From contig OZ244160.1 in NCBI GenBank assembly GCA_965216325.1, positions 224,001 to 288,000 of the forward strand: a DNA stretch of 64,000 bases, given 5' to 3'. The stretch is from Coraliomargarita sp. Its GTDB lineage: Bacteria > Verrucomicrobiota > Verrucomicrobiia > Opitutales > Coraliomargaritaceae. The position numbers and the translations under genes were made by a program. The notes beneath the pieces were generated by a model, which made no database searches, was not told the origin of the DNA, and worked only from the letters and a program-made list of their open reading frames with translations. This document shows positions 35,910 to 46,040 of this stretch, in pieces (within the stretch, counting starts at the first letter, position 1; the number at the start of each line of letters is the position of its first letter).

Positions 35910-37181
35910 ATGATCGACATTAAGCTCCTTCGTGAGCAGCCGGAGTTCGTCCGTGCTGCGATTGCCAACAAAAAGTTCTCTTGCGACATCGACGCCGTGC
36001 TCGAACTCGATGCGACCCGTCGTGCCAAGATTACTGAGGCGGAGCAGGCGCGCGCGCAGCAGAAGGCTGCCAATCAGGAGATGGCGGCACTCGCAAAGGG
36101 CTCTCCCGAATTCTTGGAGAAGGTGAAGGAGATGAAGGCGATCGCCGGTCGCGCTAAGGAGCTCGAAGTCGAGTCCAAAGCTGCGGACGAAGCGTTTCAG
36201 GAGGCCTTCCTCGGTATTCCGAATCTGCCGGACCCTTCGGTTCCGGTGGGCAAGGGCGAGGACGAGAATGTGGTCGCTTCGACTTGGGGGGATGCGGATG
36301 CAGCCTTTCCGAATGCATTGCCGCACTTTGACATTCCTTGGTTTGAGTCGCGTATTGATTTCGCGCGTGGCGTGAAGACCGCGGGTGCTGGTTTCCCATT
36401 TTACGTGGGCGAAATGTCCCGTATGGTCCGAGCCTTGGTGAATTTCTTCCTGCAGGAGGCGCAGAACAACGGCTACGAAGAGGTGTTGCCTCCAATCGTG
36501 GTGAATGCGGCGAGTGCCACTGCGACCGGTCAGCTTCCCGATAAAGAAGGCCAAATGTATGTCGACGAGAACGAAGGCCTTTACCTGATCCCAACAGCGG
36601 AGGTGCCGGTCACCAATTTCTATCGTGACGAGATTTTGGATGCGGAAAAACTGCCGATCTACCGCTGCGCATACACACCGTGCTTCCGTCGTGAGGCAGG
36701 CAGTTGGGGCGCCCACGTGCGTGGCCTGAATCGTCTGCACCAGTTCGACAAGGTGGAGTTGGTCAAGTGGACCGACGCCGAAAGCAGCATGGAAGAGCTC
36801 GAGAAGTTGCGTGAAAACGTCGAAGCGACGCTGCAAAAGCTTGAGCTGCCGTATCGTGTGCTGCGTATGTGCACGGGCGACATCGGTTTCCCACACGCGA
36901 AACAATACGACCTTGAAGTATTTGCGGCGGGTCAAAAGCGCTGGCTGGAGGTGTCGAGCTGCTCGAACTTTACTGATTTCCAAGCGCGTCGTGCGGGTAT
37001 TCGCTACCGTGGTGCCGATGGCAAACCGGTGACTGCACACACGCTCAATGGCTCTGGTCTTGCGGTGCCGCGCGTGCTTGCCGCGATTCTTGAAAACAAT
37101 TTACAGGAAGACGGCCGTGTAAAGGTGCCTGACTGCCTGCAATACTGGATGCAGCAGGAGTTCATTGGCGAGGCCAAGTAG
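35910..37181 (+). CDS. serS: Serine--tRNA ligase
   Basis: LIPTAEVP, CFRREAGS, RLHQFDKVE, EVSSCSN, TLNGSGLA. Confidence 0.98.
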   Translation: MIDIKLLREQPEFVRAAIANKKFSCDIDAVLELDATRRAKITEAEQARAQQKAANQEMAALAKGSPEFLEKVKEMKAIAGRAKELEVESKAADEAFQEAFLGIPNLPDPSVPVGKGEDENVVASTWGDADAAFPNALPHFDIPWFESRIDFARGVKTAGAGFPFYVGEMSRMVRALVNFFLQEAQNNGYEEVLPPIVVNAASATATGQLPDKEGQMYVDENEGLYLIPTAEVPVTNFYRDEILDAEKLPIYRCAYTPCFRREAGSWGAHVRGLNRLHQFDKVELVKWTDAESSMEELEKLRENVEATLQKLELPYRVLRMCTGDIGFPHAKQYDLEVFAAGQKRWLEVSSCSNFTDFQARRAGIRYRGADGKPVTAHTLNGSGLAVPRVLAAILENNLQEDGRVKVPDCLQYWMQQEFIGEAK

Positions 37182-37250
37182 GGGAAATTAGGCCAAATTG
37201 CATCAAGGCGTAGGCTTGCACTTCTTTAATTAGTATAGAGACTTCTTCTC

Positions 37251-37472
37251 ATGGATGCCTTCATGCAGTCTTTGGTGAACCGCGATATCATTGCGTGGGT
37301 CATTGTCGCCGTTGTTTTAATCATTGGCTTGAAGCTCCTGAAGAGTGCAGGCAAAGGCTTCTTCATCTTTTTGTGTGTCATTGGCCTGATCGTATTCATT
37401 GGAAAATTCTTCCCTGGTGTGATGGAGCCGTTCACGAACTTTGTGCAAGGCGGCTGGTTGCAGAATAAGTAG
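37251..37472 (+). CDS. Small membrane protein
   Basis: Two hydrophobic helices; fills the serS-proS gap. Confidence 0.65.
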   Translation: MDAFMQSLVNRDIIAWVIVAVVLIIGLKLLKSAGKGFFIFLCVIGLIVFIGKFFPGVMEPFTNFVQGGWLQNK

Positions 37473-37560
37473 ACTCTGTGGTGCCGCTGTGCTGTTTTCC
37501 TGCGCACGGATGCAATTTGGCATTGCAGGCTAGAGCTGGGCAGATTTGCTAGCTGCCCTT

Positions 37561-39081
37561 ATGGCTAAGCAGGCAAAAACCGCAATTACTCCTACCCGCG
37601 AGGAGAATTATCCTGAATGGTATCAACAGGTCGTAAAGGCTGCTGATCTGGCAGAGACCTCGCCCGTTCGTGGCTGCATGGTGATCAAGCCATGGGGTTA
37701 CGCCATCTGGGAGAATATCCAGCGCGAGCTCGACCGTCGTTTCAAGGAAACTGGTCACAAGAACGCTTATTTCCCACTCTTCATTCCGATGAGCTTCCTC
37801 CAGAAGGAGGCCGACCACGTTGAAGGCTTTGCCAAGGAATGTGCGGTGGTGACGCACTCGCGCCTTGAAGCGGACGAAGACGGCAAGCTCCAGCCTGCGG
37901 GCCCACTTGAGGAGCCGCTTATCGTGCGCCCGACCTCCGAGACCATCATTGGTGAACTCTTTTCGAAGTGGGTGCAGTCCTACCGCGACCTGCCACTGCT
38001 GATCAATCAATGGGCCAATGTCGTGCGTTGGGAAATGCGCACTCGTCTGTTCCTCCGCACCGCGGAGTTCCTCTGGCAGGAAGGCCACACCGTCCACGCA
38101 ACTTCTGATGAGGCGATGGAAGAAACCCGCAAGATGCTCGAAGTCTACGCCGACTTCGCAGAGAGCTACATGGCGGTGCCGGTGATTACCGGTGAAAAGA
38201 CCGAAGCCGAGCGTTTCCCGGGGGCGGATGCCACCTTCGCGATCGAAGCAATGATGCAAGACCGCAAGGCGTTGCAAGCGGGCACCTCGCACTTCCTTGG
38301 TCAGAACTTTGCGAAGTCCAGCGACATCAAATACCTCAGCTCCGAGGGCAAAGAGGAATATGCATGGACCACCTCATGGGGTGTGTCGACTCGCCTTGTC
38401 GGTGGTTTGATTATGACCCACTCGGACGATGACGGTCTTGTGCTGCCGCCGCGTATTGCGCCATCTCACGTGGTCATCATTCCGGTCACTCCGAAGGAGG
38501 AGACCCGACAGCAAGTGCTCGACTATTGCCTGGAACTCAAGGCTGAGCTCGAAGCGCAGAACTTCCTCGATGAGCGCGTGAAGGTGGAGTTTGACGACCG
38601 CGACATCCGCGGTGGTGAAAAGACCTGGGGCTGGATCAAGAAGGGCATTCCTGTCCGCGTAGAAGTCGGCCCACGCGACATGGAGAGCAATTCGGTCTTT
38701 GTCGGTCGCCGTGACCGTGCGCCAAAGGACAAGCAAGGCATTGACCGCGCTGAGTTCGTTGGAGGTATTTCTGCACTGCTCGACGACATTCAGGACAACC
38801 TGCTCGCGCGTGCGAAGAAGTTCCGCAAGGAGCACACCAAGGAAATCACTTCCGAAGCAGAGTTCATCGAGTTCTTTACTCCAAAGAACAAGAACAACCC
38901 TGAGATTCACGGTGGTTTTGCATCCATGGGCTTCTGCTGTGACTCTGAACTCGAAGATCAGATCGCGAAGAAATACAAGGTCACTGTGCGCTGTATCCCG
39001 AATGCGACCCTCAACGAAGAGGTCCCGTGTGTGTTTACCGGCAAGCCGGGCAAGCGCGTGATTTTCGCGAAGTCGTATTAA
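37561..39081 (+). CDS. proS: Proline--tRNA ligase (archaeal/eukaryote-like type)
   Basis: VRPTSET, QWANVVRWE, FLRTAEFLWQEGHT, C-terminal AKSY; no editing insertion. Confidence 0.97.
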   Translation: MAKQAKTAITPTREENYPEWYQQVVKAADLAETSPVRGCMVIKPWGYAIWENIQRELDRRFKETGHKNAYFPLFIPMSFLQKEADHVEGFAKECAVVTHSRLEADEDGKLQPAGPLEEPLIVRPTSETIIGELFSKWVQSYRDLPLLINQWANVVRWEMRTRLFLRTAEFLWQEGHTVHATSDEAMEETRKMLEVYADFAESYMAVPVITGEKTEAERFPGADATFAIEAMMQDRKALQAGTSHFLGQNFAKSSDIKYLSSEGKEEYAWTTSWGVSTRLVGGLIMTHSDDDGLVLPPRIAPSHVVIIPVTPKEETRQQVLDYCLELKAELEAQNFLDERVKVEFDDRDIRGGEKTWGWIKKGIPVRVEVGPRDMESNSVFVGRRDRAPKDKQGIDRAEFVGGISALLDDIQDNLLARAKKFRKEHTKEITSEAEFIEFFTPKNKNNPEIHGGFASMGFCCDSELEDQIAKKYKVTVRCIPNATLNEEVPCVFTGKPGKRVIFAKSY

Positions 39082-39089
39082 TGGACTCG

Positions 39090-39154
39090 GTAACACAGGC
39101 TTCTAGCCTGTGTCATTCATTGTCTAGGTGAAACAGGCGAGACGCCTGTTCTAC
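39090..39154. repeat. REP-like inverted pair
   Basis: GTAACACAGGCTTCTAGCCTGTG...ACAGGCGAGACGCCTGTTCTAC. Confidence 0.7.
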
Positions 39155-39241
39155 GCCTCATCGCGTTCCAAAAACGCGCAACTTTCGGCACGATCTGCGG
39201 ATCAAATGGTTTTGCCTGCGGCTGTGGTCAGCCGCTAGGCT

Positions 39242-40618
39242 ATGCCCTATATCATGCAAATTACCGCAGAAGATCTTCAGCTCATCGAGAAATACAACCG
39301 GCCTGGACCACGCTATACCAGCTATCCGCCGGCGAATCATTTTCGCGAGTATAGTGACCCTGCGCCACTGTTGAAATCAGTGCGCGAGGGCGATGCACCG
39401 CTGTCCCTGTATTTTCACCTGCCGTTTTGTGAGACGCTGTGCTGGTTCTGTGGCTGCCACCAAATCACGACGCTGGATCGGGGGCGGGGGGATGACTACC
39501 TCGATTTGTTGGAGAAAGAACTGGAACTGTTTGCTCCCAATATCCCTGCTGGCCGTGAGGCCGTGCAAATGCACTTCGGTGGAGGCACGCCAAATTTCTT
39601 CGGCGCAGCGCAGATCGATCGCCTTGGGGCGATGATTGACCGCCACTTCAGCTTCACTGCCGATGCGGAAAAGTCGGTGGAGCTGGATCCGCGCCGTTTA
39701 ACTGAGGACCAAGTCGCGGCTTTTGCACGCATGGGCATTAGTCGTGCGTCCTTTGGTGTGCAGGACTGTAATCCGGAGGTGCAGGAAGCGATTCACCGCA
39801 CGCAGCCGCAGTCGATGAACGTCGAGGCCATGCAAATGCTCCGTGAGCACGGCTTTGATTCGGTCAATCTTGACCTGATCTATGGTCTACCGAAGCAGAG
39901 CCTTCCAAGTTTTGACGAAACCATTGATCAGGTGCTGGAGCTGAAGCCAGACCGCTTCGCGATTTTCAACTACGCACACGTGCCGTGGATGCGCCCTGCG
40001 CAGAAGCTGCTGGAACGTGCCGGCCTGCCGGACGCAGAAACGAAGCTGCAATTGCTGAAACTCTGCATCGAGCGCCTCACTGCGGCAGGCTATGTCTATA
40101 TCGGCATGGATCACTTTGCCTTGCCCAGCGACGAACTGGTCAAAGCGCAGCGCGAGCAGTCGCTGCAACGTAACTTCCAAGGCTATAGCACGCGTGCCGG
40201 TGTTGAGATCTGCGGTTTTGGTATTTCCAGTATTTCGCAAGGCGGCACAGGCTTCCGTCAAAATGTCAAAGATCTCGAAACCTATCGGGCGCAACTTGGA
40301 AAAGGCCAGTTGCCGATTACTAAAGGCTACGAGCTCACCGACGAGGATCGTCTCCGTGCAGATGTGATCATGCGCCTAATGTGCGACCTCTCTCTCGATT
40401 ATGGCGCGATGTCAGCCAAGTGGAACATCGACTTTAAGCAGCACTTTGCCGACGCGATCGCTCAGCTCGCCGAACCCGAGGCGGACGGGCTGATTGTGAT
40501 GACTGAGGATGGCTTCACGGTCACCGAACGTGGCCGCTTGTTCATTCGCAATTTAGCGATGTGCTTCGACGCCTATCTACAGCCAAGCGAGACAAGTCGT
40601 TATTCAAAGACGGTGTAG
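39242..40618 (+). CDS. hemN: Oxygen-independent coproporphyrinogen III oxidase
   Basis: GPRYTSYP, HLPFCETLCWFCGC radical SAM motif, GGGTP, RNFQGY. Confidence 0.96.
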   Translation: MPYIMQITAEDLQLIEKYNRPGPRYTSYPPANHFREYSDPAPLLKSVREGDAPLSLYFHLPFCETLCWFCGCHQITTLDRGRGDDYLDLLEKELELFAPNIPAGREAVQMHFGGGTPNFFGAAQIDRLGAMIDRHFSFTADAEKSVELDPRRLTEDQVAAFARMGISRASFGVQDCNPEVQEAIHRTQPQSMNVEAMQMLREHGFDSVNLDLIYGLPKQSLPSFDETIDQVLELKPDRFAIFNYAHVPWMRPAQKLLERAGLPDAETKLQLLKLCIERLTAAGYVYIGMDHFALPSDELVKAQREQSLQRNFQGYSTRAGVEICGFGISSISQGGTGFRQNVKDLETYRAQLGKGQLPITKGYELTDEDRLRADVIMRLMCDLSLDYGAMSAKWNIDFKQHFADAIAQLAEPEADGLIVMTEDGFTVTERGRLFIRNLAMCFDAYLQPSETSRYSKTV

Positions 40619-40694
40619 ACAAATTTAGTGGACTCTGTGCGATCCGGACTTGCCACGAGTTGTTCGGATCCTTTCTCTACATCGCTTCACACCG

Positions 40695-40780
<86 letters not shown>

Positions 40781-40865
40781 GTTGATTATCAGTGGTTTAT
40801 GGTTTCCGTTGGGCGTTTTTTTAATTGTTCTGGTTTTTGATGTGACCAGAAAGTGCCGAATCCTG

Positions 40866-41519
40866 TCAGTGCGTTTTGTATAAAACAACGCCTTGAGGTG
40901 GCGGTGCGATTTTCGGGATGCTATTCTCTACTGCCTGCGTGATGGTGTCGAAGATCCTTTTTGCACTTTCGACCTCTTCGGGGTCCGCCTTTGAGTTGTC
41001 GAGAATTAGGAAATCAGCTTCGAGTCGCATAAGGAACTCGGTTCTCTCTTTTCTGTTATCAACAAAGTGCGAGTCGTTAAGCCCCATATTAACTATATGG
41101 TAGAACCCTGCGGTGCTGGTAGCCACAAGATAGCCAGTTTCTGGGTCCTCAAAAATGTGGTTTCCGTAGTCGATCTCCTCGCATGGGTTTAGGTAGCGCA
41201 TCCCTAAGTCGGACTCTGCTTTATTTGGCCAAGTGTCCGACTTCTTCATATTGCATGAACCTGCGCTCGGAAATAGATTTTTGTATGCGTGTCGCCGCCT
41301 GCCAGTGAGGTGTGGGTCGAAATGGTCGATGTGTATGCCACTCGCTCCGCCAGCCTTAGACTCATGAAGCATGGAGAAGGCACATCGCTTCTTGAAGTCT
41401 CTCTCGATCTCTTTGCGAGAATGCTTGCGGTAGGTGTTATCCGTCAGGATTCGCAACTTACCATCGCTCTTTTTGGGCGCTGGGCCTCTCTTAATACGCG
41501 ACTTTTTCCGCGGAGACAT
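40866..41519 (-). CDS. HNH endonuclease-like protein
   Basis: RCAFS..HIDHFDP..YKNLF...CNMKK, LNPCE. Confidence 0.8.
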   Translation of the reverse strand: MSPRKKSRIKRGPAPKKSDGKLRILTDNTYRKHSRKEIERDFKKRCAFSMLHESKAGGASGIHIDHFDPHLTGRRRHAYKNLFPSAGSCNMKKSDTWPNKAESDLGMRYLNPCEEIDYGNHIFEDPETGYLVATSTAGFYHIVNMGLNDSHFVDNRKERTEFLMRLEADFLILDNSKADPEEVESAKRIFDTITQAVENSIPKIAPPPQGVVLYKTH

Positions 41520-41916
41520 AGTGGTCAAACGCGTTTAGGAGATTTCGAAACGCTTGCTTACGCTCATATTCTTTAATGCGCTCCTCTGTTGTGCATTGAT
41601 CTAGCGCATCTTCTCGAGCATCGTAGAGCTCCTGAAATTCACGATCTTCAGCTTCACTTGTCTTTTGCTGCGCTTTTAGGAGCATGAGTTCGCTAAAACG
41701 CCCCTTTGCCTGCTCATTCCACTCTACGGGAACCCGAACCCTTGCAGTGGCTGTCGGAGTGGATTCTTTACCAACTGATACTGGCCGCGGCCTTTCAATT
41801 GTTGCGGTGCACTCTAATTCAGTTGCTGATGATGCACTAGCAATAGTTCCTGCCATGCCTACCCCAAGGGCGACAGCAACGGTAGCTGGCTTTGTGTATT
41901 GAATCTTAGACTTCAT
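41491..41916 (-). CDS. Hypothetical protein with helical C-terminus, possible antitoxin-like partner of the HNH
   Basis: Overlaps the HNH start; RFSELMLLK..SEAEDREFQEL. Confidence 0.6.
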   Translation of the reverse strand: MKSKIQYTKPATVAVALGVGMAGTIASASSATELECTATIERPRPVSVGKESTPTATARVRVPVEWNEQAKGRFSELMLLKAQQKTSEAEDREFQELYDAREDALDQCTTEERIKEYERKQAFRNLLNAFDHYVSAEKVAY

Positions 41917-41941
41917 TAGATCAGGAACTTCAATGCTTACA

Positions 41942-42439
41942 TTAACCCTTCATGTAGATATCTGCAAGTAGGTTGAAGTGACATTCAAAAGACGATCGAA
42001 GTAGTGCAACTCCTTCGCATTTAACTTTTTGCGCGTTAGGTTCACCGTCTGCGGTGGGGTAGAATCTTAGGGCAGACGGAGCGTAATTCTCCAAGCGTAT
42101 TTCGGCGAAGTTATCATTTCGTCCAGCATTAACAAGCGCTGCGTGCGCGATTGTTACGCCGCCTTGTGGCATGCGGATTCCACGGTGTATATAGTCAGGT
42201 TTCGCGGGATAGGGCTTTGAGCGCGATAGATACTTTACGATAGATCCAGTATTCTCAGGGTCCATTTCCTTATTTATCGAAAAAGAGAAGCTAGATAGAA
42301 GTTCTCCATCATCGCTGACTAGGCCACATGTAGCAACAATGTAAGGTTTTGCATGCGTAACCACATAACGGTTGAAGGCCATTACGATAGGAAAGCCACT
42401 AAGTGCAGGCATTAAATCTATCTTAATCTCTTTGGACAT
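41942..42439 (-). CDS. Hypothetical cargo protein
   Basis: 165-aa ORF, first gene of the three-gene cassette. Confidence 0.65.
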   Translation of the reverse strand: MSKEIKIDLMPALSGFPIVMAFNRYVVTHAKPYIVATCGLVSDDGELLSSFSFSINKEMDPENTGSIVKYLSRSKPYPAKPDYIHRGIRMPQGGVTIAHAALVNAGRNDNFAEIRLENYAPSALRFYPTADGEPNAQKVKCEGVALLRSSFECHFNLLADIYMKG

Positions 42440-42538
42440 GAGCGCTCTACGTGCAAAAAGTTCGTTAGATAGTCACACTGCTTGACGGCCAGCAAGCATA
42501 AATTACTGCGCTCGATATTGCCAAACCTTGAAGATATA

Positions 42539-42580
42539 CAAAAACGCCGGCAGCCAGAGTCTCCTCAAGTGCTGCCGGCG
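42539..42580 (-). terminator. Terminator after the capsid-protease genes
   Basis: Minus strand CGCCGGCAGC-loop-GCTGCCGGCG followed by TTTTT. Confidence 0.75.
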
Positions 42581-42605
42581 CAACCGTTTTTATGAATACA
42601 AAATC

Positions 42606-43088
42606 TTACAATTCAGACACGGAGGTTCCTTCGTAAGCAGGGAAGGTGACCGGACTAACCTCAATCAAGTCCACTTCGACTAGTGATCGCAGCGCTCGAT
42701 CGCCAGATCTAGTCCAGCGCTCCTTCTTCACAACAAAGCCGATACTCATCCCGCTAATATTTCCGTGCCGAATGTTCTCAACAAGATCCCGCGCAGCCTG
42801 AGTGTTAGGAATGCGCATGTGGAAGCGCAGGCCCTTATCATCCTCTGACAACTTTAAAGTTCCAGCGCTCCGCCGGGCAATTACGTCCGAATCTCTGTGA
42901 TTGTAGAGAGCGCGAACGTCTGCGCCATTACTCAGCGATCGATTGAATGCGCCGCTAACAATCCGCTCATCAAAGTTACCAATAGGAGCAATCTGTCCGT
43001 AAACCGCAGCGTAACCGCTCAGCTCGGTTCCATTTGAAGAACCGCGAAGCTCAACTGAACCCAAAGAGCTAATTTTTCTTTGTTCCAT
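42606..43088 (-). CDS. HK97-family prohead maturation protease
   Basis: GYAAVY, E....GAF, LYNH (His), GMSIGF (Ser), EVSPVTFPAY. Confidence 0.93.
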   Translation of the reverse strand: MEQRKISSLGSVELRGSSNGTELSGYAAVYGQIAPIGNFDERIVSGAFNRSLSNGADVRALYNHRDSDVIARRSAGTLKLSEDDKGLRFHMRIPNTQAARDLVENIRHGNISGMSIGFVVKKERWTRSGDRALRSLVEVDLIEVSPVTFPAYEGTSVSEL

Positions 43089-43164
43089 AATGCGTGTAAA
43101 ATCGGCGACAGAAGGAAGATTCCCACCAACTGCCGCCGACAACTCATCTACCTAACCAAAGTTA

Positions 43165-44652
43165 CTAGGAATTATCGCAATCCTTGATCGCCGCGAAGCT
43201 TTGCGGACGAACTGGACCACCGTCATAATAGACTGCGGCATGAATCCGAGTCATGCCCTCGCTCCGTTTCGTATAAGGATCAGCCATGACCTCAACCCCG
43301 CTCCATTGAGCGATATAGAAATCAGCCCAAGTGCCAAAGAGGATTGCGCTCAAGTCGGTGCCGCCTCCCTTGCTTAGATTGCCAGGGATCGCATTTGACT
43401 CAAAGAATGGGTATCCAGCCAGGACACCTGGAGCGCGATCGTCCAAGAGCGTCATAGAGTCAGTGCTCGCGATCTTCGCGACAGTCTTAAGTTTTGCTGC
43501 AGTCGCAGAATTGATTGCGAAGGCTGCTGTTCGATCCAATGCGTTGTCAATCGCAACCTCCTTAATGAGATTCACCAGCGCTGCATGAGTTGGCGCACCC
43601 CCATCGACTCCCATTTCCACTAGACCAATGCCAGAGGTTTGCAAAATGCCGGTAGGCTTTTTGTCCCCATCGCCGTTAATGAATGCTCCCTCCATTACAG
43701 TTAGGAGCTTCTGGCGCAAATGGCGCTCTATGATTGTTGTGAGGGTGGCATCGCTGCTCTGCAAAAGCAACTGATTTGAAACATCGATATACGTAGGTAG
43801 ACGCTTCGGCGACAAGCTGAGATCCGTAAATGTCGGCGAATGCTCACCCGCAGCCTCATTCTCGCCCTTATGGCCTGGATCTGCCCCGTCAACAATTCGA
43901 GGGATATCAAGATTGCCAGTAAGCTGATCGAGAACAGTAGCTCCAGCTCTAGCAATAAATAGAGAATCAAACAGTGCGCCCAGGAGGGAGTGCTTATTGG
44001 TCTCAACCGTGAGCCCGCCTTGATCTCCCCCCGTTCCCCCCGTAACGCTGAGGCTGCGGCCTTCTTGATACTCCGAGTAGCTTTGAAAAGCTCGACTACT
44101 AATCATGTAGCCATTACCAGGGAGCCCAGCTGATCGAGCCTCACTTGCACCCTCATCAATGATTTCACGCTCAACACCGTCGATCGCGTGACCATTAAAC
44201 TGAGAGCGAATCAGGCGACCAATTGAGAATTTGGCTGCGTCCCGATCCTCAGAACTAGGGCAAGACCTACGTAGAGGGTTGATAGGAGGATTATAATCGG
44301 GAGTGCGTGTCTTTGCTTCATCAGAAGCGCTCATTACTGCAAGCGGCATCGACCGCACTTCCTCTAAAGTGACAGGCTTTCCGTCGAAGTGCATCGGAGC
44401 GCGACCATCAATAGCACGTTGCTCGCAAATCGCTAGGATTCGATTTCTGCGCTCCTCATCAAAGTTGCGCTTAGGTTCCGCCGGTGACGGCTGTCCGCTT
44501 CTTGTTTCAACCTCTCGGAGGGTTTTCTCGACAAACTCGTGAGCTTGTTCGCCATTTTTAAACGTGCCGCCAGGATCATCAATGCTGACAGAACGGCTTT
44601 CGGGATCTACTTCGATTTTTGTTTTTTTACTCATATCAACCTTAGCAATCAC
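43165..44652 (-). CDS. HK97-fold major capsid protein with N-terminal scaffold region
   Basis: GG.TVET, GA..L..L.G..DIPR, GE, F..L.L.PK, S..LL, INGDG..KPTGI, LAGYP, FGTW, RPQSFA. Confidence 0.92.
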   Translation of the reverse strand: MIAKVDMSKKTKIEVDPESRSVSIDDPGGTFKNGEQAHEFVEKTLREVETRSGQPSPAEPKRNFDEERRNRILAICEQRAIDGRAPMHFDGKPVTLEEVRSMPLAVMSASDEAKTRTPDYNPPINPLRRSCPSSEDRDAAKFSIGRLIRSQFNGHAIDGVEREIIDEGASEARSAGLPGNGYMISSRAFQSYSEYQEGRSLSVTGGTGGDQGGLTVETNKHSLLGALFDSLFIARAGATVLDQLTGNLDIPRIVDGADPGHKGENEAAGEHSPTFTDLSLSPKRLPTYIDVSNQLLLQSSDATLTTIIERHLRQKLLTVMEGAFINGDGDKKPTGILQTSGIGLVEMGVDGGAPTHAALVNLIKEVAIDNALDRTAAFAINSATAAKLKTVAKIASTDSMTLLDDRAPGVLAGYPFFESNAIPGNLSKGGGTDLSAILFGTWADFYIAQWSGVEVMADPYTKRSEGMTRIHAAVYYDGGPVRPQSFAAIKDCDNS

Positions 44653-45140
44653 AACCCGAAATTTCGCGTAATCGGCGGAATGAGGTCTTTAATCTTCCTC
44701 CTAGTCTCTTCCACAGTCCGAACGGTGACTCCGCACTCCTCTGCGATGCATTTATCGCTTAGAGTTAGCAACTCGAGTTGCTTTAGTGCCACATGGAGCT
44801 TTACGAGGCGGAGAGGACGCAGCTCCTTGTGGACTACTTCACGAATAACTCGCATGCCCATGCCGATCGCGATCTGTTGAATAATTGAATCGAGAGCTTT
44901 GTCATCTCCCTCCTTTGCATAGAATCTTGCCAGGTGGAGCTTTAGATCTTCACCTGGATCGTATTCATCTAGTGGAGCTACATGCTCCCGAGCCTGCGCC
45001 TCCCTCGCTTCTTGGCGCTTTAGTTCATCAATTTCAAACTCGAGCGATACTGGCGAATCAGTGTAACTACCGGCCTGAATATTGCCAAGGCCGACCATTC
45101 CCTTTTGCCTAGAGATTCGAATGCCCTTCGAGCTACCCAT
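44649..45140 (-). CDS. Protein with C-terminal HTH (possible transcription activator)
   Basis: LSDKCIAEECGVTVRTVEETRRK; stop overlaps the capsid GTG. Confidence 0.7.
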   Translation of the reverse strand: MGSSKGIRISRQKGMVGLGNIQAGSYTDSPVSLEFEIDELKRQEAREAQAREHVAPLDEYDPGEDLKLHLARFYAKEGDDKALDSIIQQIAIGMGMRVIREVVHKELRPLRLVKLHVALKQLELLTLSDKCIAEECGVTVRTVEETRRKIKDLIPPITRNFGL

Positions 45141-45590
45141 TGCGCTCCCCCCCTGCACCCCCCGCTCCGCATATCCAGGTGGTCATTAGCGTCATATTTA
45201 AGCGATTTTCGGAAGATCCGGAACGGATCGAGGCAAAACTCGCATCGACCGGAACCCCCTCGGCACAAAACATGCGCACACATTTTTTTAGCTGAACAGA
45301 CGGTAGGCGGATGCCGGCGGCGCAGGTTTCGACTCCCCCCTGGTTGGATCCGGATTGAATGACCAATCCCAGGTAGATGAGGATTATTAAAGCGCTCAGT
45401 TTACCAGGTAGGGAACTCAACCTCCTATCTCTTCTACTACACTTAAGACACCTTTTATGAATATCATCTAAAGAAAATATATATAAAATATATCTAGGTA
45501 GAGTTCGCGCATAGCGTCTTAAGTGTCGTGCCTCAGCTGTCTCTCGAGTATGACCCGAGAACATAAAGCTAGTCAATCTATATACTACGC

Positions 45591-46040
45591 TCATGATGTT
45601 ATTCCATTTTGAGGGGGGAGGGGAGTCTTTAGGTTAACTCCGAAATATCCTCGGCACTGCTTCCCGTTTCGGACGACAGTAGCCGCCCTAGCCACGCCAT
45701 GTAGGGTTCGCATTGCAACCGGTAGCAAACGCTCAAACTCTCTCTTGGTGAGTGTCGGCTGCCGACCTTGCAGCATTTCCAACTCGTAGGCGGTCCAAGC
45801 TTCAGCGGTTGAGATCGAGCTACCTTTATTGCCGGAAATGATTTCCTTGGAGACGAATAGCCCGATGAGAGTTCCAGATCCGAGGAGGTTCTGCACTCTG
45901 GTAATATCTCGCATCGCAGCTAATAGATTGCCCTCCTTTATCGCTTTTGTCGCTGTCTGCATGAGGTCGAGCTTCAGCCATTCGACTCGCCGGTGATCCC
46001 CCGGATGACCCAGCTGAAAGTTAAAATCAGTTTGTATCAT
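45591..46040 (-). CDS. Stand-alone domain resembling the C-terminal winged helix of D5/P4-type primase-helicases
   Basis: LFV....ISTAEAWTAY...LTKREFERLL...NGKQCRGYFGVNLK. Confidence 0.55.
   Translation of the reverse strand: MIQTDFNFQLGHPGDHRRVEWLKLDLMQTATKAIKEGNLLAAMRDITRVQNLLGSGTLIGLFVSKEIISGNKGSSISTAEAWTAYELEMLQGRQPTLTKREFERLLPVAMRTLHGVARAATVVRNGKQCRGYFGVNLKTPLPPQNGITS

Noticed and set aside
35901..37040. Long antisense ORFs over serS (likewise over phoH and proS)
   Set aside because: Antisense shadows of well-supported genes
45133..45594. 153-aa ORF within the satellite
   Set aside because: Crosses low-complexity AT-rich and G-run sequence that is better explained as origin and packaging sites
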